A DNA stretch of 64,000 nucleotides, from positions 8,184,001 through 8,248,000 of the forward strand of contig OZ004615.1 in assembly GCA_963924565.1 (NCBI GenBank), read 5' to 3'. The notes beneath the pieces are model-generated. The model saw only the letters and a program-made list of their open reading frames with translations. It was not told where the DNA came from and made no database searches. The DNA is from Ascidiella aspersa. Taxonomy: Eukaryota. Both the position numbers and the translations under genes were made by a program. Below, in pieces: positions 39,201-54,200 of this stretch (the first letter of the stretch is position 1; each line of letters begins with the position of its first letter).

Positions 39201-42200
39201 TTCAAGTTTATTCACAAGTGGTGGCACTAAATACATTTCCAGTGCCCAGTGTTATTAACATAAGTATTTTGAAACAAAGGGCAGTTTTGATATTTCGTAC
39301 AAAACGCCTCAATGTTTTTTTTTATTTATGTCATGGTATACGCTCTTCGTTGAAGCACCATGTTCATTTGTTATACATTTTTGATTTATTTAACAAGGTT
39401 TATAGGATTTCCGTTATCTTTTTGCTGACAATGAACGTCTGAAATAGTATAAGCGTTGAAAATAAGTGTCAAGGTATACGAAGAATTACAACCGTTTTGA
39501 TAACAGCATTAGACTGACACCAATAACCACTAAACGTTTTCGTGGAATTTTTCTGTAAGCCCTTGCCACAATTTATACCTCACTGTGCAATTTTCAGGTT
39601 CGATGAATACCAAAAACATAAGCGCATGGGTTCATAGATAATCCTCAGGAGGTAGGTAGCCGGATAAAAGTCTAAAGTTAAAACTATGAAGCGAGAGGCA
39701 GAAAATTTGCTTAACCGAAGTAAACACCGCCATTTTGAGATACGTGGAAAAAACGAATATTTGAGGTCAGAAAAAAGGGCGTGCCGCGTAACGCGTGCAA
39801 AACAATATATTACTTCATTTTATGTTGTCTCGTGTAAATTGCAACCTATCTATTTTCTTTCCGTACATTTCCCTTTATATAGACAAGGTTAAACGTCAAA
39901 TGTAAAACAAAATTCTTTGTCTAAGTCGTTGCCCCGCTAGTGACAGTAGAGAGCTGCAGTTTGCTTTAGTGCCCAACTTAATGGTATTCGATAAAAGTGG
40001 TATCCATGCTAGATAAGTGTCCTTCCGTACATACATTTATTTGTCGGCCGTGTTCTTGAATTAATTTAAACTTTAAACTTAAGCGTATATGTTTATTGTC
40101 TAGGCTTGCGATTCATCGGGATTTAGTAAAGTTCAGAGCGTTTAAAGTTGCTGAAAAACTTCAAATGTGTGTAAAACGTTGTGTTTTTTCAGACACGGTA
40201 TAACATGGCGAAAATAAACACACATTTAGTAGCTTAAGTTATTACCCGTAAAAAATATGACCCGTGAGAGCGATCCAAATGCTTTATTTTTACAGTAGAT
40301 CTGTCCACTTTGCCGTGGTGCCATAAAAATTGTATTCATCTATCACTCAATGCGATACTAAGCCAAGCATTTCCATTAAAAAAGGCGCCTTGTGGAAAAC
40401 TAGTCCGCGGACCAGAAGCAGAAAACGCATCGCAAGCTGGAAATTAAGGAAACCAATCCCTTTGGAGCCCTTTCAGTTAAATAATACCACATAATCGAGT
40501 CTCCCGATCTGTTTTAATTCGTTTCGCGAGCGACACAAAGGTGTAGGAAAGCACAGCTTCAGGGACAATCCCTCGCGAAAGCCGCAAAAAACGACATTCG
40601 AAGACTTATTGGAAGATCTCACGCAACGTGGAACGTACGTGTGCTACGCCTTCCATTATATTGTACCGGTTTGTTTTGGCACGCAACAGAACCACTGACT
40701 TACTCTATTGGTGGCACGCCAACCGCGCTTCAAAACATACGCGACAAGGCAATAATACAATCCATGATTCCTTTTGCTGCGTATTATCAATATCCGGTGG
40801 AGGAAATCGAAAAGCTTTAATTGGCTAAACGTTAGACGAAACACCCAATTTATTATTTGGGCGCGGCGTGGCAGTGTATTCATGGCAGTATTACCGAATT
40901 ACAGATGCGAAATGAACAATAACGTATCATCAGATTAAAAAGCTATTAGGGAAAATTAGAATTGGTTACTTAACCGCATATACAATTATGACGTACCTGT
41001 GATATCATTTTGGGTGCTTTGAAAATATATATTTTTTATACTGAGAAAGCCGTTGAAAGAAAACCTTGCCTATTTCAGACAAACAGGAATACAGCTCACA
41101 TTTTCGAACGCAACTTTGCACGGACTCTTCGTAACCAGTATTTAGGGCAGAAAAAACTTTGGGTTATTCCAGGAATTAATATGCGTTTTTTTTTCGAAAT
41201 ATACATTGAACATCACCGAAATCCAATATGCGAAAACGAACATTTCAAATTAAGCTTTAGACGTTAGAGAGTTGAGAAAGCTTAGTTTGAGGGGTAGGTA
41301 AGTGTAAAATGGCCGACAAATTACAAAATCCGAAAAGTCAAGTCGGCAAATTTAGTAGTTTTCAGGTCACAAACTAATAACAACAGGGTTGAATAATGCT
41401 CATAGTCTTTCTAGAAATGCATAAACTATGACCAGAAATTCTTAAGGCAACGTCTAAAGACCCTCTCCTAGATCCTATATAGTACAATCAATAAAGCCAT
41501 ATAATCTCTGACGCTCAAAACATCCCCCAAAAGCAACCTGATGTGCAGAACCGTTCATCCGGTTAAGCCAGCGGTTCTTAACCTTTTATGTCTCGTGGCC
41601 CCCTTAGAAAGGCTTTTAATCCTCGTGGCCCCCCTCGATTATAAAAATATTAGCTAGAATTTGTGACGGTATTAGTCTTTCTTCGGGGATGCTTTTTTGA
41701 ACTTGCCGTTTACAAACTATTTAAAATGCTGGGTAAACGTTCCAAAGAAATACGGAGTAAACTAGAAAAACACAAATGTTGGTTGTAAGTGACTTAACAA
41801 TGTTTGGCTATTAGGCGACAGACAAATAATTGCAAGCTTGAGGTCGACTGTTGCAAAACTTCTCGCAAATAGCAGGTAGTAACATGTAAGAAAGCTCGTG
41901 GCCCCCCAGGGGGGCCGAGGGTCACGGTTGAGAAACCCTGGGTTAAGCTATGGCTAAATTGGACTGAAAAACAAAACAAAAAAAAACTTACCGTCTTTAC
42001 GATTGCATTTTAGAACTCCCTTTTCACAAATGCTGCAAAGCAAAGTACAAAACAATTATAAAGGGAATCGGAACTATATTCCAAGACAGGGATGTCCAAC
42101 CTGCAGCCCGCGGGCCACATTGCGGCCCGCCTTAAATTTTTGTGCGGCCCGCTAGTCATTTTCACTCCCAAGTAGTATTTTAAACGTTCAATATTAGACT

Positions 42201-42248
42201 AATTAAAATGTGCCTGTCAGCTTTTCGGGCGCACTAATAGTATAGTAT

Positions 42249-42285
<37 letters not shown>

Positions 42286-45200
42286 TAACTCTAAAGGCCC
42301 GTTAAAACTCTAAAGGCCATTATTTAATCTTGATACTTAATAGGTTCCGCGGCCCATTAAATTATTTCAAGTGTCAATGCGGCCCACTATAATAAAATGT
42401 TGGACATCCCTGTTCTAAGACCTAAGTGCTACGTGACAATTTTAAAATACAAAGTCTGTATATCTTACCACTGGACATTCTTCGTCGGCTCCGACTGGTG
42501 ATTGGCAAGCTGCCAGTCATTGTTAACGTAACAACCGCATTGATTGATGTCAACACATTTATTGTCTTTGTCAAGATATTGACCTGTACAAATCGAATTA
42601 CATAATAAAGCGTACAGAAAACCACCATAATAGATTAAAGTAAGATTTAGTACAAACTACCAGTTGGAAGCGTCGTAGACATTTACTTATATAAATTTGT
42701 TTATTTAATTCACATATGGGCTGGACTCCAGCCATAAGACCAAAATAAGAACAACATCAACTTCGGAATAAACCACACTTCGAAATAAGACAAAAATAGC
42801 ACTAATACCTAATAGTCGTTATACAAAAAAAATTGGATGAAGACCTAAACCCGTCGGAATAGCACCTAAATGGCCTGAAACAGGCTTATACAATATTTTA
42901 GCTAGCCCCAAACCCCATACCTAAGTACATTACTAACTCCCCTCATAATTTCAACCCCAAAACATTTTCTAACCTCACCCATTACCCATCAATAACCAAA
43001 ACATTCTGGTGCACAAACAGCGGCGCCCTAACGGCCATTCAAACTAGAGTGTCAAAACGTGGACACCTAAACGGCAGATGCCAGACCTATGACCCCCGAT
43101 CGTCCTATACCCTCTCCATACAGTCTGAGGCGTTATTTTGACCTATTAGACCTTATTCCGCTTATTTCCACAGGTTTATGTTTTATTCAGACGATTAAGT
43201 TCGTATTCTGTTGCAGATATTACAGCGTATTTGGCTTTATTATGTCGTTGGTTTTAATAGAAGTTTCTGCTTTGTAGGTCTTATTGTGTGTTCCCTCTAG
43301 GCTTTATCAAACCTCTTTAAAAGTTAACTTGCCCACATGCTGTCTTTATATCATAGCGAACGGATAAACTAGAACATAATGGATATATGAATACAACTAA
43401 TTATTATTGACCTTCATGGCATCCGCATCCCTCCACCATTTGGCTTGGCGAGCAGACCTCTGTCTCCATCAGGGAGCGACACGTCCGTCCGCACAATGTT
43501 CCATTGGTCATGTAAACTTGGCCAGTTGGACACAAGTTAGCTGGTGGACAAAAAATAAGGTTATAAATCGTTCGATCGCACCGAATTCGAGTGAAAGCAG
43601 AACATTGCGGCAACCAATACGCTGTAAAGCTTTCAATACTGTTGTCTGGATACTAGCAAGATAAACGAACGTTTTTAATTTACCCTGTTTACTGTTTAGT
43701 TTAAAAAACTCGTTGTGACGCGTTGATGTAATAATTAACCAAAGTATGTTTTTTAAGTGCGATTTTTTATAATTGACCTTCATGTTTTCGACAAGCTAAA
43801 AACAACACCGTACTGGTCCTGTATTTAACCATTGTATTGATTTAGCGCCTTAAAACCAGAACTTACTAGTCCCATAAGTGTGTATGGTTTGCCATAAAAG
43901 TCAAGTGGAAAATCTTGCCGCACCAAAAGTGTTGGTGTTACTAGTGTTACATATAACTTGCTCTCAACAATTTTTAATTGTAAATTAGGTAACCGAATCG
44001 AATAAAAAAACGTGATTTTTGTCAATTACTTGAAGAGGATATAACAAAGGGAAAAAATAAAGGTGTATTTTTGAGTCGAAACACAAGGACTGTTCGAACA
44101 GGTCCATTTTTATAGACAAAGTATAAATCTTATAACTTCCAAATTGGTAGACATGACGTAGAGTGGTGTTATACAGTTCTAATGAGTAAGATGTCTGACC
44201 CCTTAGTGGACTCTAATTAGGAGATAAAAAAGCAAAATAAAGGCGCCGTTATTGAACAGTTCTCGATCAGTATATAGTTATTGATGGCGTTTATATCTGT
44301 ATTTCGGAACCGCAAATGCGATGGCTGTGGTTACGCGAACAGCACAAACGATGTACTCACGACATGTAGCATTGGACCTCCAGTCGACTACGACGCCAGC
44401 CTGACGACAGGCCTGCGCGAAATCGTTGACGGCCTCACAGTAGCATTTCTTGTCCGCTTCGCAGGCACAGGCGTCCTTGCGACAGTTCTTGTAGAAAGGT
44501 AGATACTCGACCACGTTGCGGCAAGCCTCGAATAGCTTTCCATTCATTATGCCGCAGTCGGTGGCTGCCTTGACCTCTGAAAAACCAGTGGCATATACGG
44601 TCAGTTACCCGGCGTTTAGGAAAAAGCCTGTCGGCTACATTTGTTTCGCCCTGCTTGTTTCCTGTTTTGCAACTGGGTATGATGTTAAAATTACGTGAAA
44701 GCTGAAAGTTGGTTGAAAAGGATAAATTAGACGAGTGTTTTTAAAGTAAAAGATTGACTTGGATACTTGCAAAGGTTGAATATTGAATATAGCAATAAAG
44801 CCTTGATTGAATAGGGCGTTTAAAATATGTGCTACTGACTAATTTGTCTACTACGTAGAGACGCTTTTTAAGATCAGGATTTATCCAGATCTCGGAATCT
44901 TCTGTATGAACAAACTATAAAAAAGGTATGAAGAAACTATTTATCGATAACTATTCCTATGCGAACCGCTTAGTGGAATTTTGGAAGTAAGTTGAAATTC
45001 ATGTTTTTTAGTTTGGTGGGTAAACCGATTCAATTGAATAATCCATGCACCTACACACAACCTAAACGAAAAGCTGAATTAAAACAATGAAAACTGGAAT
45101 TTCCGTGATTTCCTTGATTTCCCGTAGGCGTGCATCACATTTGGAATGGCAGTTTTGCTCTCGCAAAAGGTCATTTCAACATACAAAGGTACGGTTGATT

Positions 45201-48200
45201 AATGGACTCCTCTGCCATTGTAGCAGAGTGTTTATACGTTATTCGCAGCCAAAGACCGTAACATTCAATATAGTATAGACGCTACTTGACTCAAGAAATT
45301 GGGTATCGCCCTGTTCCTAATTAAGCGCAACAGAGCGTCGACGGATCAAAATGTCATTTGCATACTTCGTTAGCTCTCAATTGCGATTGTAAAGGTTAAT
45401 ATTTAATCAGATTTTCGATAATTTATTGACAGTATTTGGTCGAAGTTGTGGAGCCTTCGGCCTAACCAACAGGTATATTTTATTCAGAAAATGCAGTAAG
45501 TTGATAATAGTGCTAGGAAAACATTCAAACGAAATAATTTTAAGTGAAAATAAGAAGCTGTTAGTGTATGGCGTATATATGTTTAACAAAATTTGCAAAT
45601 TATGCCTTACATTTGATATGTAAAATGGTAAAAAATAATACTCGAAGCACATTATAATTTGCTAAATGTTGGACTATGGAAGTTAATGAGTAATAACAGT
45701 TTCGAGAAATCCCTACTTAGATGTTGTTATATTGATTTTGTGTATTTTTATTTGTGTAGGTATGTCGTTCCATTGTACGTATTTCCTTTTATATTTTCCT
45801 GCATTTTGCATTTGCTTATGTTTTATTCGTGCTGTTTGTCTTAAGTATTGTTTAACCTTCACGTCTGTTTTTCGTATTGTTTATGAGTACGTCAATTTCG
45901 TCTACCTTGAGGATATCTATCTAATATTTGTTGATTTTTGCTACTTTTGTTCGTTTTTTAGGCGTAAAAGGAACAGCATTTTTTTCGTATTATGTACATT
46001 GCTTAATAGTCACCCCAATTTGCAAAATTAGGAAAACCTTACAAAGGGAGAAAAGCTGGGTGCTACGGCTCAGCGACAAATAAAAATCAGCGACAAAAGC
46101 AGTAAAGAATGTGAATGCAAGGAGTCATTAACATCAATCTACTCTACACTATACATTATGTACTTACCGGCCTGTGCGTCGTGATTGCACATGTCGCTGG
46201 CAGCCATCGCGTCCGTGACGTCATCGCACAGCGCCGGGTATTTGTACGAGTTGCCGAAGCCGAGCGTGGTCTCATCCAGTCCGCCCCGCGTACGGAAGTC
46301 GTCGGTTGTCCTGGAGTTGTACGTGCCGGCGAGCCCGCAGATCTTGCCTGCAGGCGAAACGCGACGCGACAGGGTTACTTGGGGTCAGGTAACGCGCGCA
46401 ACTGAGGGTTACTCTGGGTCGGTTATCGCGTACCGGCTTAAGTTTGGCGGTGTTAGGCGAGCGTACAGTCGCACATAAATCACTCTAACGAGTGGTAATC
46501 CGTATACGGCGCATTTTAAAGTGGAGAACTCCGCAAAAACAGAAGCACCCAACGCACTCTACGCACCTTTGTAAGCTGTGGGAACGCTGAGTCTGGCGGT
46601 CGCGCCATCCCACAGAATCGACACGCCGGTGTCGGCTATTACAGCTTCAACGTAGAGCGAAGACAGTTTGTGCACGGTGATGGCACCTGGGAAAATAAAT
46701 GTGATTTAATGAAAGTGAGATTGGCTTTTAGAAGTACCTGTAAGGACGGCTAGAAATCGCCTGAAAAATATATGACTATAGGGTGAATTGTCAGGAGAAA
46801 ACCTAATTGCGTTTTCATTTTTTGCTTGATGGTATTTAGTTGCTCATTAAGATTTTTTTCTTTACCAAATTTAATTGCTCATTAGGATTATTTTATTTAT
46901 TTATTTCACCTATAGGGGAAGTCTGGAATTTATCTCATATATCAAATCCTTTACGAAAACAATAATTAAACTTATAAAATGTTTTAAGAACGAGGATTAC
47001 AAATGCCACATTTTCAACAGCTGTATTCACGGGTCGACGGAGCGAAACGAATTACTTTAATCCCAATAAGTAAAATTAGGTGAGCCGCCAAACGAGATAA
47101 ACCCGTCAAATGAAGCCTTGCCACGATACCGCGCATGTCTTCGAAAAAGGCATTTTTTTGTACAGTAATAGATCAATTTAGTTGTTGTATCAAATCGTGG
47201 TAATCAGTATTCTGTTATGTATAACTTTTCATGCGAACTTGTAATAAAAAAAAACAAGACAAAACAAAGCTTTAACAATTGCTACAACCAGAAGCAGGGC
47301 TGCGGTAAGAAGATTTGATGAGTTTATAAAAGGCCTGAGAAAAAAACGCCAGCCTGCAATAAATTGTGATTATGTGTATCCGGAGAGGTAGCACTGTGGA
47401 AAATTGTTATTACGGTCTCAATCTCTACTTCAGATCAAGAATTTCCTAGGTAACCGAAAAGTTTTGCATAACACAATTATACTTAAAATACATTTTACGC
47501 CGGCTTGCTTTTCAAACAATGACCTTTTTCTAGGAAGTTGTTAGATTTAAGGGAATCTCAAAAGACAAATCCCATGATAAAACCCTGGCGTTTACTTAAT
47601 CAAAATAGAAATCTCCGACGGCCAACGATTATTTATTTCCAGCTAAGGCCTTGGTAGCAGTTGGTTAAAGGGCTTGGTAACAATGCTATCGGTAAAATTT
47701 CTGTCAATTGGGCGATAGAATTTGTTGCCGAAATATAATTATTATTAAAAGCTAAATATAAGATTTAAGACATAACCCTTAACTTACCTAATTCCATAGC
47801 AATTTATTGGTTGAAATAAATTGCTTGTAAAGTGCAAAACTTTGCTGTTAACCGCTTTATAAATTTATACAACATAAAGCAAATGTTTAAATGCGCGTTA
47901 CTTACCATTTGTTACTGGCAACACGACTACTTTAGTTTCCGACAACACCTTCCCTTCTTTCAAAACGACGGTGTAGGTTTTGGTCGACGAGACTTTGTGC
48001 AGAATTTTTATGTTTCTGTTGCGCAAAAAAATCTGATGGTTACAAATCGAAGTTGGGCAGAACAATCCAAATGAAGGTGTGAATAACGTTAAACTGGTTA
48101 AGCATATTTTGCCCGCTTGATTCACAATTTGCATATTTGCGTAATAAAAAGTAAACAAGCCAACAAAGGACAACAAAAGAATCGTTTATTTTAAGTGTTA

Positions 48201-51200
48201 AAGTTGTGCTTCAAACATGTGTGACACCGTTTAATATAAAAAAAAACATCAGCGGTTATTTTTAGGGTCAACGTTGAAAAACAAACTCTCTCCAAGAAAA
48301 TTATCAACCGTAAAAAAACATGCAGTTACATTAGTCAAATGTGGCGCCCCTGTTATTGTATTTACCGAGCAAATATATGGTTAGCAGGAAAGCGAATCAT
48401 GTCTAAACCACCAGCAAACTGTGTTTACACTAGCATTAAAATTTGGCACGCTTGATCGCCCAGAACTTAAGAGCAGGCTTATACAACTTGAGAGATGATC
48501 TCCCGTCTACAGTCTGTAGATCGAATGTAAACTCTGTTGGGGGCATTTGCCTTCATTTAACCTGTTAGATGACACTATGCAGTAAAGCAACGTCACGAGT
48601 CACGAAAGTATACCATATTTTAGATTTTAGATTAATGAACGACAATGGGCGGCTCCCAATACCTATGCTTGGAAATTACATAAAACCAGTATTTGTAGAT
48701 ATTTAAACATATCTGGAGTGCTGTGGACATATTACTAAAACTATTTTGCCAAACCAATGTTAAAAAAAACTGGGTGTGTGAGTATGTGGCGCTGAAAGAA
48801 GTTTTGGCCGCAATAAACCTTAAGATTAAAAATACTGCTTTTACGTAGAAAATAGAGTCGCTAGATTTCAGTTGTAAACACACATGTGTGTTCATGTTTC
48901 ATTGCAAAATAGAGTCACTTAATAATTTTGAACTTACTGAAATCAAAACTACGCTTATTTGTGGACCAGTGTGTTGTGTGCGACAACAAATCTAGTTGAC
49001 TGCGTGAAAAAGCCTAAATTGCAACTGACTTACTGGCCTTAGTTTTCGTATTGGCGCGTTGAAAGCATAAAGTCAATGTCTCTCAACCAGTGTGCCCCAA
49101 AATAACCGAAAAAGCGTTACAGTTCCACAACTGTTTATGAAAACCCAAATGCGCTTGGAAGTGTTTGAAAAGCACATTGTAGACTCAATTCTGGTCAACC
49201 CACCGAATGCAAGGGTTCGGGTTTCTTCCGCATTCCTGAACTTCAACGAAGACAGAAAAACTCGGTGTCACCGAACCACAGTCCTCAGCCAGCAGGTAGC
49301 TGCAAGTGCTACCGGGAAAGTCGTACCAGGTACCGTCCAGAGTTCGATAGTGAGAGAAGCTACTAGCGACGGCGACACCTGTAAAAAGGGGGGTTACTAT
49401 AGGTCTAAGGCCGGGATGGCGAACCCTTTTTTATCGCGCGGGTCACAAACCACAAACACGACCTTAATCCTTACAAAATGCACAAGTGGATCATATATTT
49501 AATTATTATGCTACTTTTTATGCAAAACTTTGCTGCTGCATCGATTTAAGTGATATTGTTGGACCATTTCCAAATTCGTACTCCCGCGAATATTTAATAC
49601 CTAAATAATTAACAAATGCTGCAGCATTTTTTATAGGATTACAGGAGTTCATCCATAAACAAAATGCTTTTAGTTGTCTGCTTTTCTGCGCGCATTTGTC
49701 GAAGTGCAGTTAATGTAGGCCTGGACTCGTCACACCTAAAACACTGATAAATTTTAGTGACGAGTCAGTATTCATTTTGTCGGTGTGAAGTTGTACTTTA
49801 TCGTTTTAAACAAAGCAGACAACAGAACACTTAATTTATTTTTAGAAAAACTTATAATGACAAAGTCTTGTTTCTCATCTCGTTTACACCCAATAACTAA
49901 TGGTAGTTACCTGCGCAATCCAGCTTTTCATTTTGCCACGTAGCTCCCATACACGTTCTGTAGAAAAACACGGAGGGTATATTACAAAATGAGATTGTAC
50001 GTTTAGGATAGGGCACCAAAAAGCGTCTTATTCATTAATGGGTAAATGGGGAAGGAGTTAAGAAAAAGTATTAAAAAAAATTTTAAATATCATTTCAGAT
50101 AATATTTTTTGAGAAATGTTAGTAGAATCTGGAGTCTCTGGTAAGGAATATAACTTATACGCGACTGGTTAATTACTAACCATCCATACCATTAGCAAAT
50201 AAAGATATTTAACATAAACCACAATAAAAAGTAAATCAGGGTCCTAATTATACGCAACCAATAAATCTAAAATTGAGTCATAACTTTTTTAATTAAGATG
50301 TTTGCTCTAAGGGTGATTGCTGGCTGCAAACATCTTAGTTGATAGCGGTAAAAGCTTAACCATAAATAGAGAAGATTTTCTTACCGCTTTGTACAGCCAT
50401 CGTTTATTGTGGCCCCAGGTGCGTATTGTACCTTGGCGTGTGTGCATGGACAAGCCTCCTGCGCTACGCATGACTTGCCGCTCCAGAAGGTTGCTGCAAA
50501 GTCAAGTTACAAAGTCGTAACACAACTAACTCTACTTTAGAATTGAAATAACACAACTTTAGCACGGTGTGTTTCCTAAGTCAAACAACATTAAAACACC
50601 AAAAAAAAAAAAAAAAAAAAAAAAAAACATTAAAACACCAAAAGCCGCTCGTAGTTTCTGTGCAGGTATATTACGCTTTTCTTTAACGTTTAATTTTCGT
50701 TACAATCTAAAGCACTGATGTAAACCGATTCGAATTAATGTACTAACGTCTAAGCCTCTCCTGTTCCTATGTGTTACTAAAATATTCGCATTTCTCCAAT
50801 AGTAATATTTTTACGAAATACATTAACATGGATGTTCAATAGGATACGATCTTTATTTTTCGCTGGTTCTGTTACACTGTGGTGCATCAAAAGAGCCATT
50901 TCAAACATTTCCACCACCGCGGTGTTGTGCACTGCCTCTTATATCTTTTAAAACAGGGTTTGCAACGGAGTTGAAACCTTGTAATACACACTTTAAAGTA
51001 CAGATGACAACTTAACCAACTAAACAATGCAATTTAATTACTAAGCAAAATTCTTGGCGACAAAGCAAATACTTTGCAAAATACATTATAAGTATCAACT
51101 GATATGAAAATGCGATGACCCACCTTCGGGACATTGGCACCCATCAATGCACTGTCGTTCACAGTAAGCAGTGTCCAAAGTATCGCATGTGGCCAGACAT

Positions 51201-54200
51201 CCGCTTCCGCAGTCCTTGTAGATCTGGTTGCCGGGACAGGTACGGCCTAAAACGATTTTTTTCCTGTTATGCACTGAACGCTTCTACAATTTTGTTGTCA
51301 AGTCTGTTACAAAAGTAGTAAATCGAAGGTGTTCGTAATATAATTGCCGCATTACGTGGTGATAAGGAATCGGAAGATCTGTAAGTGGAGGAAAGTAGTT
51401 ATGCCGTTACCTGACAGTGGCATCAAACTTGGTACTACTTTTGTACAGTAATGACTTATAAAAACAACCCTAATCGCTTCAGGTTAGCACAGGGGTGCCC
51501 CGTGTCCGACATGAGACAACCTAATCAAAAATGGCACGCAAGCCCCCAAAAAATGCAGCCAATTGTCAAAGACGCTAAATTTGTTATCTAGCCAATTGTC
51601 ATTGTTTATTCACAATACAAAACAGTCCCAGGAATTACGACAACAAACAATTCCTTCTAATTTTATAACATTATACTGTTTTTATTTTTTGTATAAAAGC
51701 GTGTTTAATATTTTAAAAAAATAGTTGGGTTAGCACTATGCTTAAACTCTACCCGGTCATATGCTCACACAGCAAGATCAGAACCGCCTCGGCCTTTTTA
51801 ACCTTCCAGACACACAACAACAACAGAGGGGCCTTACCGCATGACGTCGGTGTCCGCCAATTCCCGACCTCGAAGCCAGCAAGCGTACAGTCACGAGCGT
51901 ACTTGGCCACCGCCGAACAGTGGCAGCTGTCCACCTTATCCATTCCGCACTGGCACAGCGCGTCCAAGCATTCGGCCCTGTAGCTGACCACGCTAATGTT
52001 GGCGCGACAGTCTTCGAAAGCTGTCGTGTCGAGGACGTTGCAAATCGAGTCGCGTGCTACCTGTGTATTCACAAAAAAGAGACTAAAATACTTGGGTACA
52101 TTATGCACGGATCTGTAATGTAGCTTGATAATAAATTGTAAAGCCAAAAAGGTCAAGTAGATCGACATCATCTTGATTATTAAGACGCTTCGATACGAGC
52201 TTGTATCATCTTCAGTTAATGTGACATTAACTAATAATTAAGATGATGTCGATCTACTCGACCTTGTTGGCTTTGCAATTTAGTATCAAGAGACTAAAAT
52301 CATTTCGGAAAACTTACTCGAACAGCAGACAAGGCGCAACGTTGCCAAAACACATTGAGATATGCTTCTAGGGTGTTATTTCGAATTAGTGTTCTCACTT
52401 TTTGTGCGAATTCAGTTTGGAAAATGTTTCACGTTACAAGCTTACACGATTTCAATATTTTAATATGGTACTTGAACATTTACACTCTTTACAGAAGATA
52501 AGATGGTTTGTTTCGCGTTGAAACGCACGCCAAATAAATTGCATTTTCATTTATTTTTTTAATAAGAACATAAGGGATACAAATGTGTTTTTCACAAAGA
52601 TTCTTGAATGCCTAAAAAAACTTGAATGCCTAAACAAACTCGTATTAAAAAAATAATTGTAAGAGTTGATTACTAAAAGTACATTAAAGTCTAGGGGTTG
52701 TTCTCGTTTCACTTTTTCTTAAAGCCACTTTGAACACGTGTTTCAAAATTTTATGTGTTAAACTTACAATTGATTCCCTGTGTCTCAGGATCTCTCGCGT
52801 CGAAGGGCCTACTCCATATTGTTCATTGTAATCAGCGATAAATTTCTGAAAAATCATTCATTATCTTTGGTTAAGGAGGCAGTACTGGTTAAAAAGTAAC
52901 ATAAAATCTAATTCATTTTTGATTTTCCTGCGCAAACAACAATAAAAGCTACGCGTTTCGATTCAATATTAGACAAGAGTTAATCTAAATCTCAGATATT
53001 AAATAAGCAACATACCTAAGCAACAGTAAGACAATATGATATAATGAGCGAATTGTTAATCGCGCGAAGCACCGAAAAAATACGTTTGTTTGTTTTCAGT
53101 TGGGTAAAGTGTAGGAAACACGGCGGATTTGACACACAAATCGATTTTTCGTGCTTGGTATATTGTTTTTTAATCTTTTGTTTAGGGCTGCAAAAAACGA
53201 TAACAGTTTCTTACAAAAATATCATACCTCGATTTGGCTCTCGTTACCACAAAAGGTCTTCGGTGTTGTAACAGATGTACAGGCGGTGTCTACTGGGTTC
53301 TTCTGCCATGTCAAGTCCACTGGGTTAACTAAAACATAAATACAAATATTTAAAGGCTTTATCACATTAAGTATATCGACTTTTTTTTAATAAATAACAG
53401 TTCTACAACCAGGGCCGTGGAGTAAAATTAACCGAAGTCCGACTCCCGAGTCCAGCCTTGACTCTACAGCGTACATTCCGTCAATTTATGTAACTAAAAT
53501 AGCGTGGATATTCCGAAATCCATTTATAGAGGTGCCGTATAATTCACATACTCACAATACACGGTTTAAAACATTCCACCATATGCTTTTCGATTTCCAG
53601 TTGGTGGCCATATCAGTTTAAAAATTTGGTAGTAGGCATGCGCATGTCGAACTCGGGACTCGGGTAGTTTTACGTGGTCTTAATAGATTCCCGAGTCCAA
53701 CTCCGACTCCGCAGCCCTGGCTACAACCCACATTGCGAATGAATGTCGCATATACGCCAGTCATGCCAGAAGCCCATTAAATATATTTGTTTGTCTTAGT
53801 AACGTAGCTCTTCGAGTAGATCTATATGACGTAGGCTACTAAAATGGATCGACAAAAGTAAATGCAGAAGCCACCGTTTACAGTGGTATCATTGTTACAT
53901 CTATAACATCATTATACATCTATAATGAAGCATAGGGGATAACTTTATGTGATGATTCTGATGATTTTAATCTGCTATCTACAGTGACGTGCGTTGAGGT
54001 TCCTAGATGGTGAGGCACAAATTTTTTCGAGTCACGCATTTCTTTAACAACCACAACACAAACACGGTATAGTACTAATAAAAACAAAGTTTGAACTTTT
54101 TGTTTAGCTTTTGCCATTGTATAAACTGCGTATCGAACACAAATAAATATGCTAGCAAACCGTTTCGAGAAGCAATTGACTGAGTTTTTGCGCAATACTC

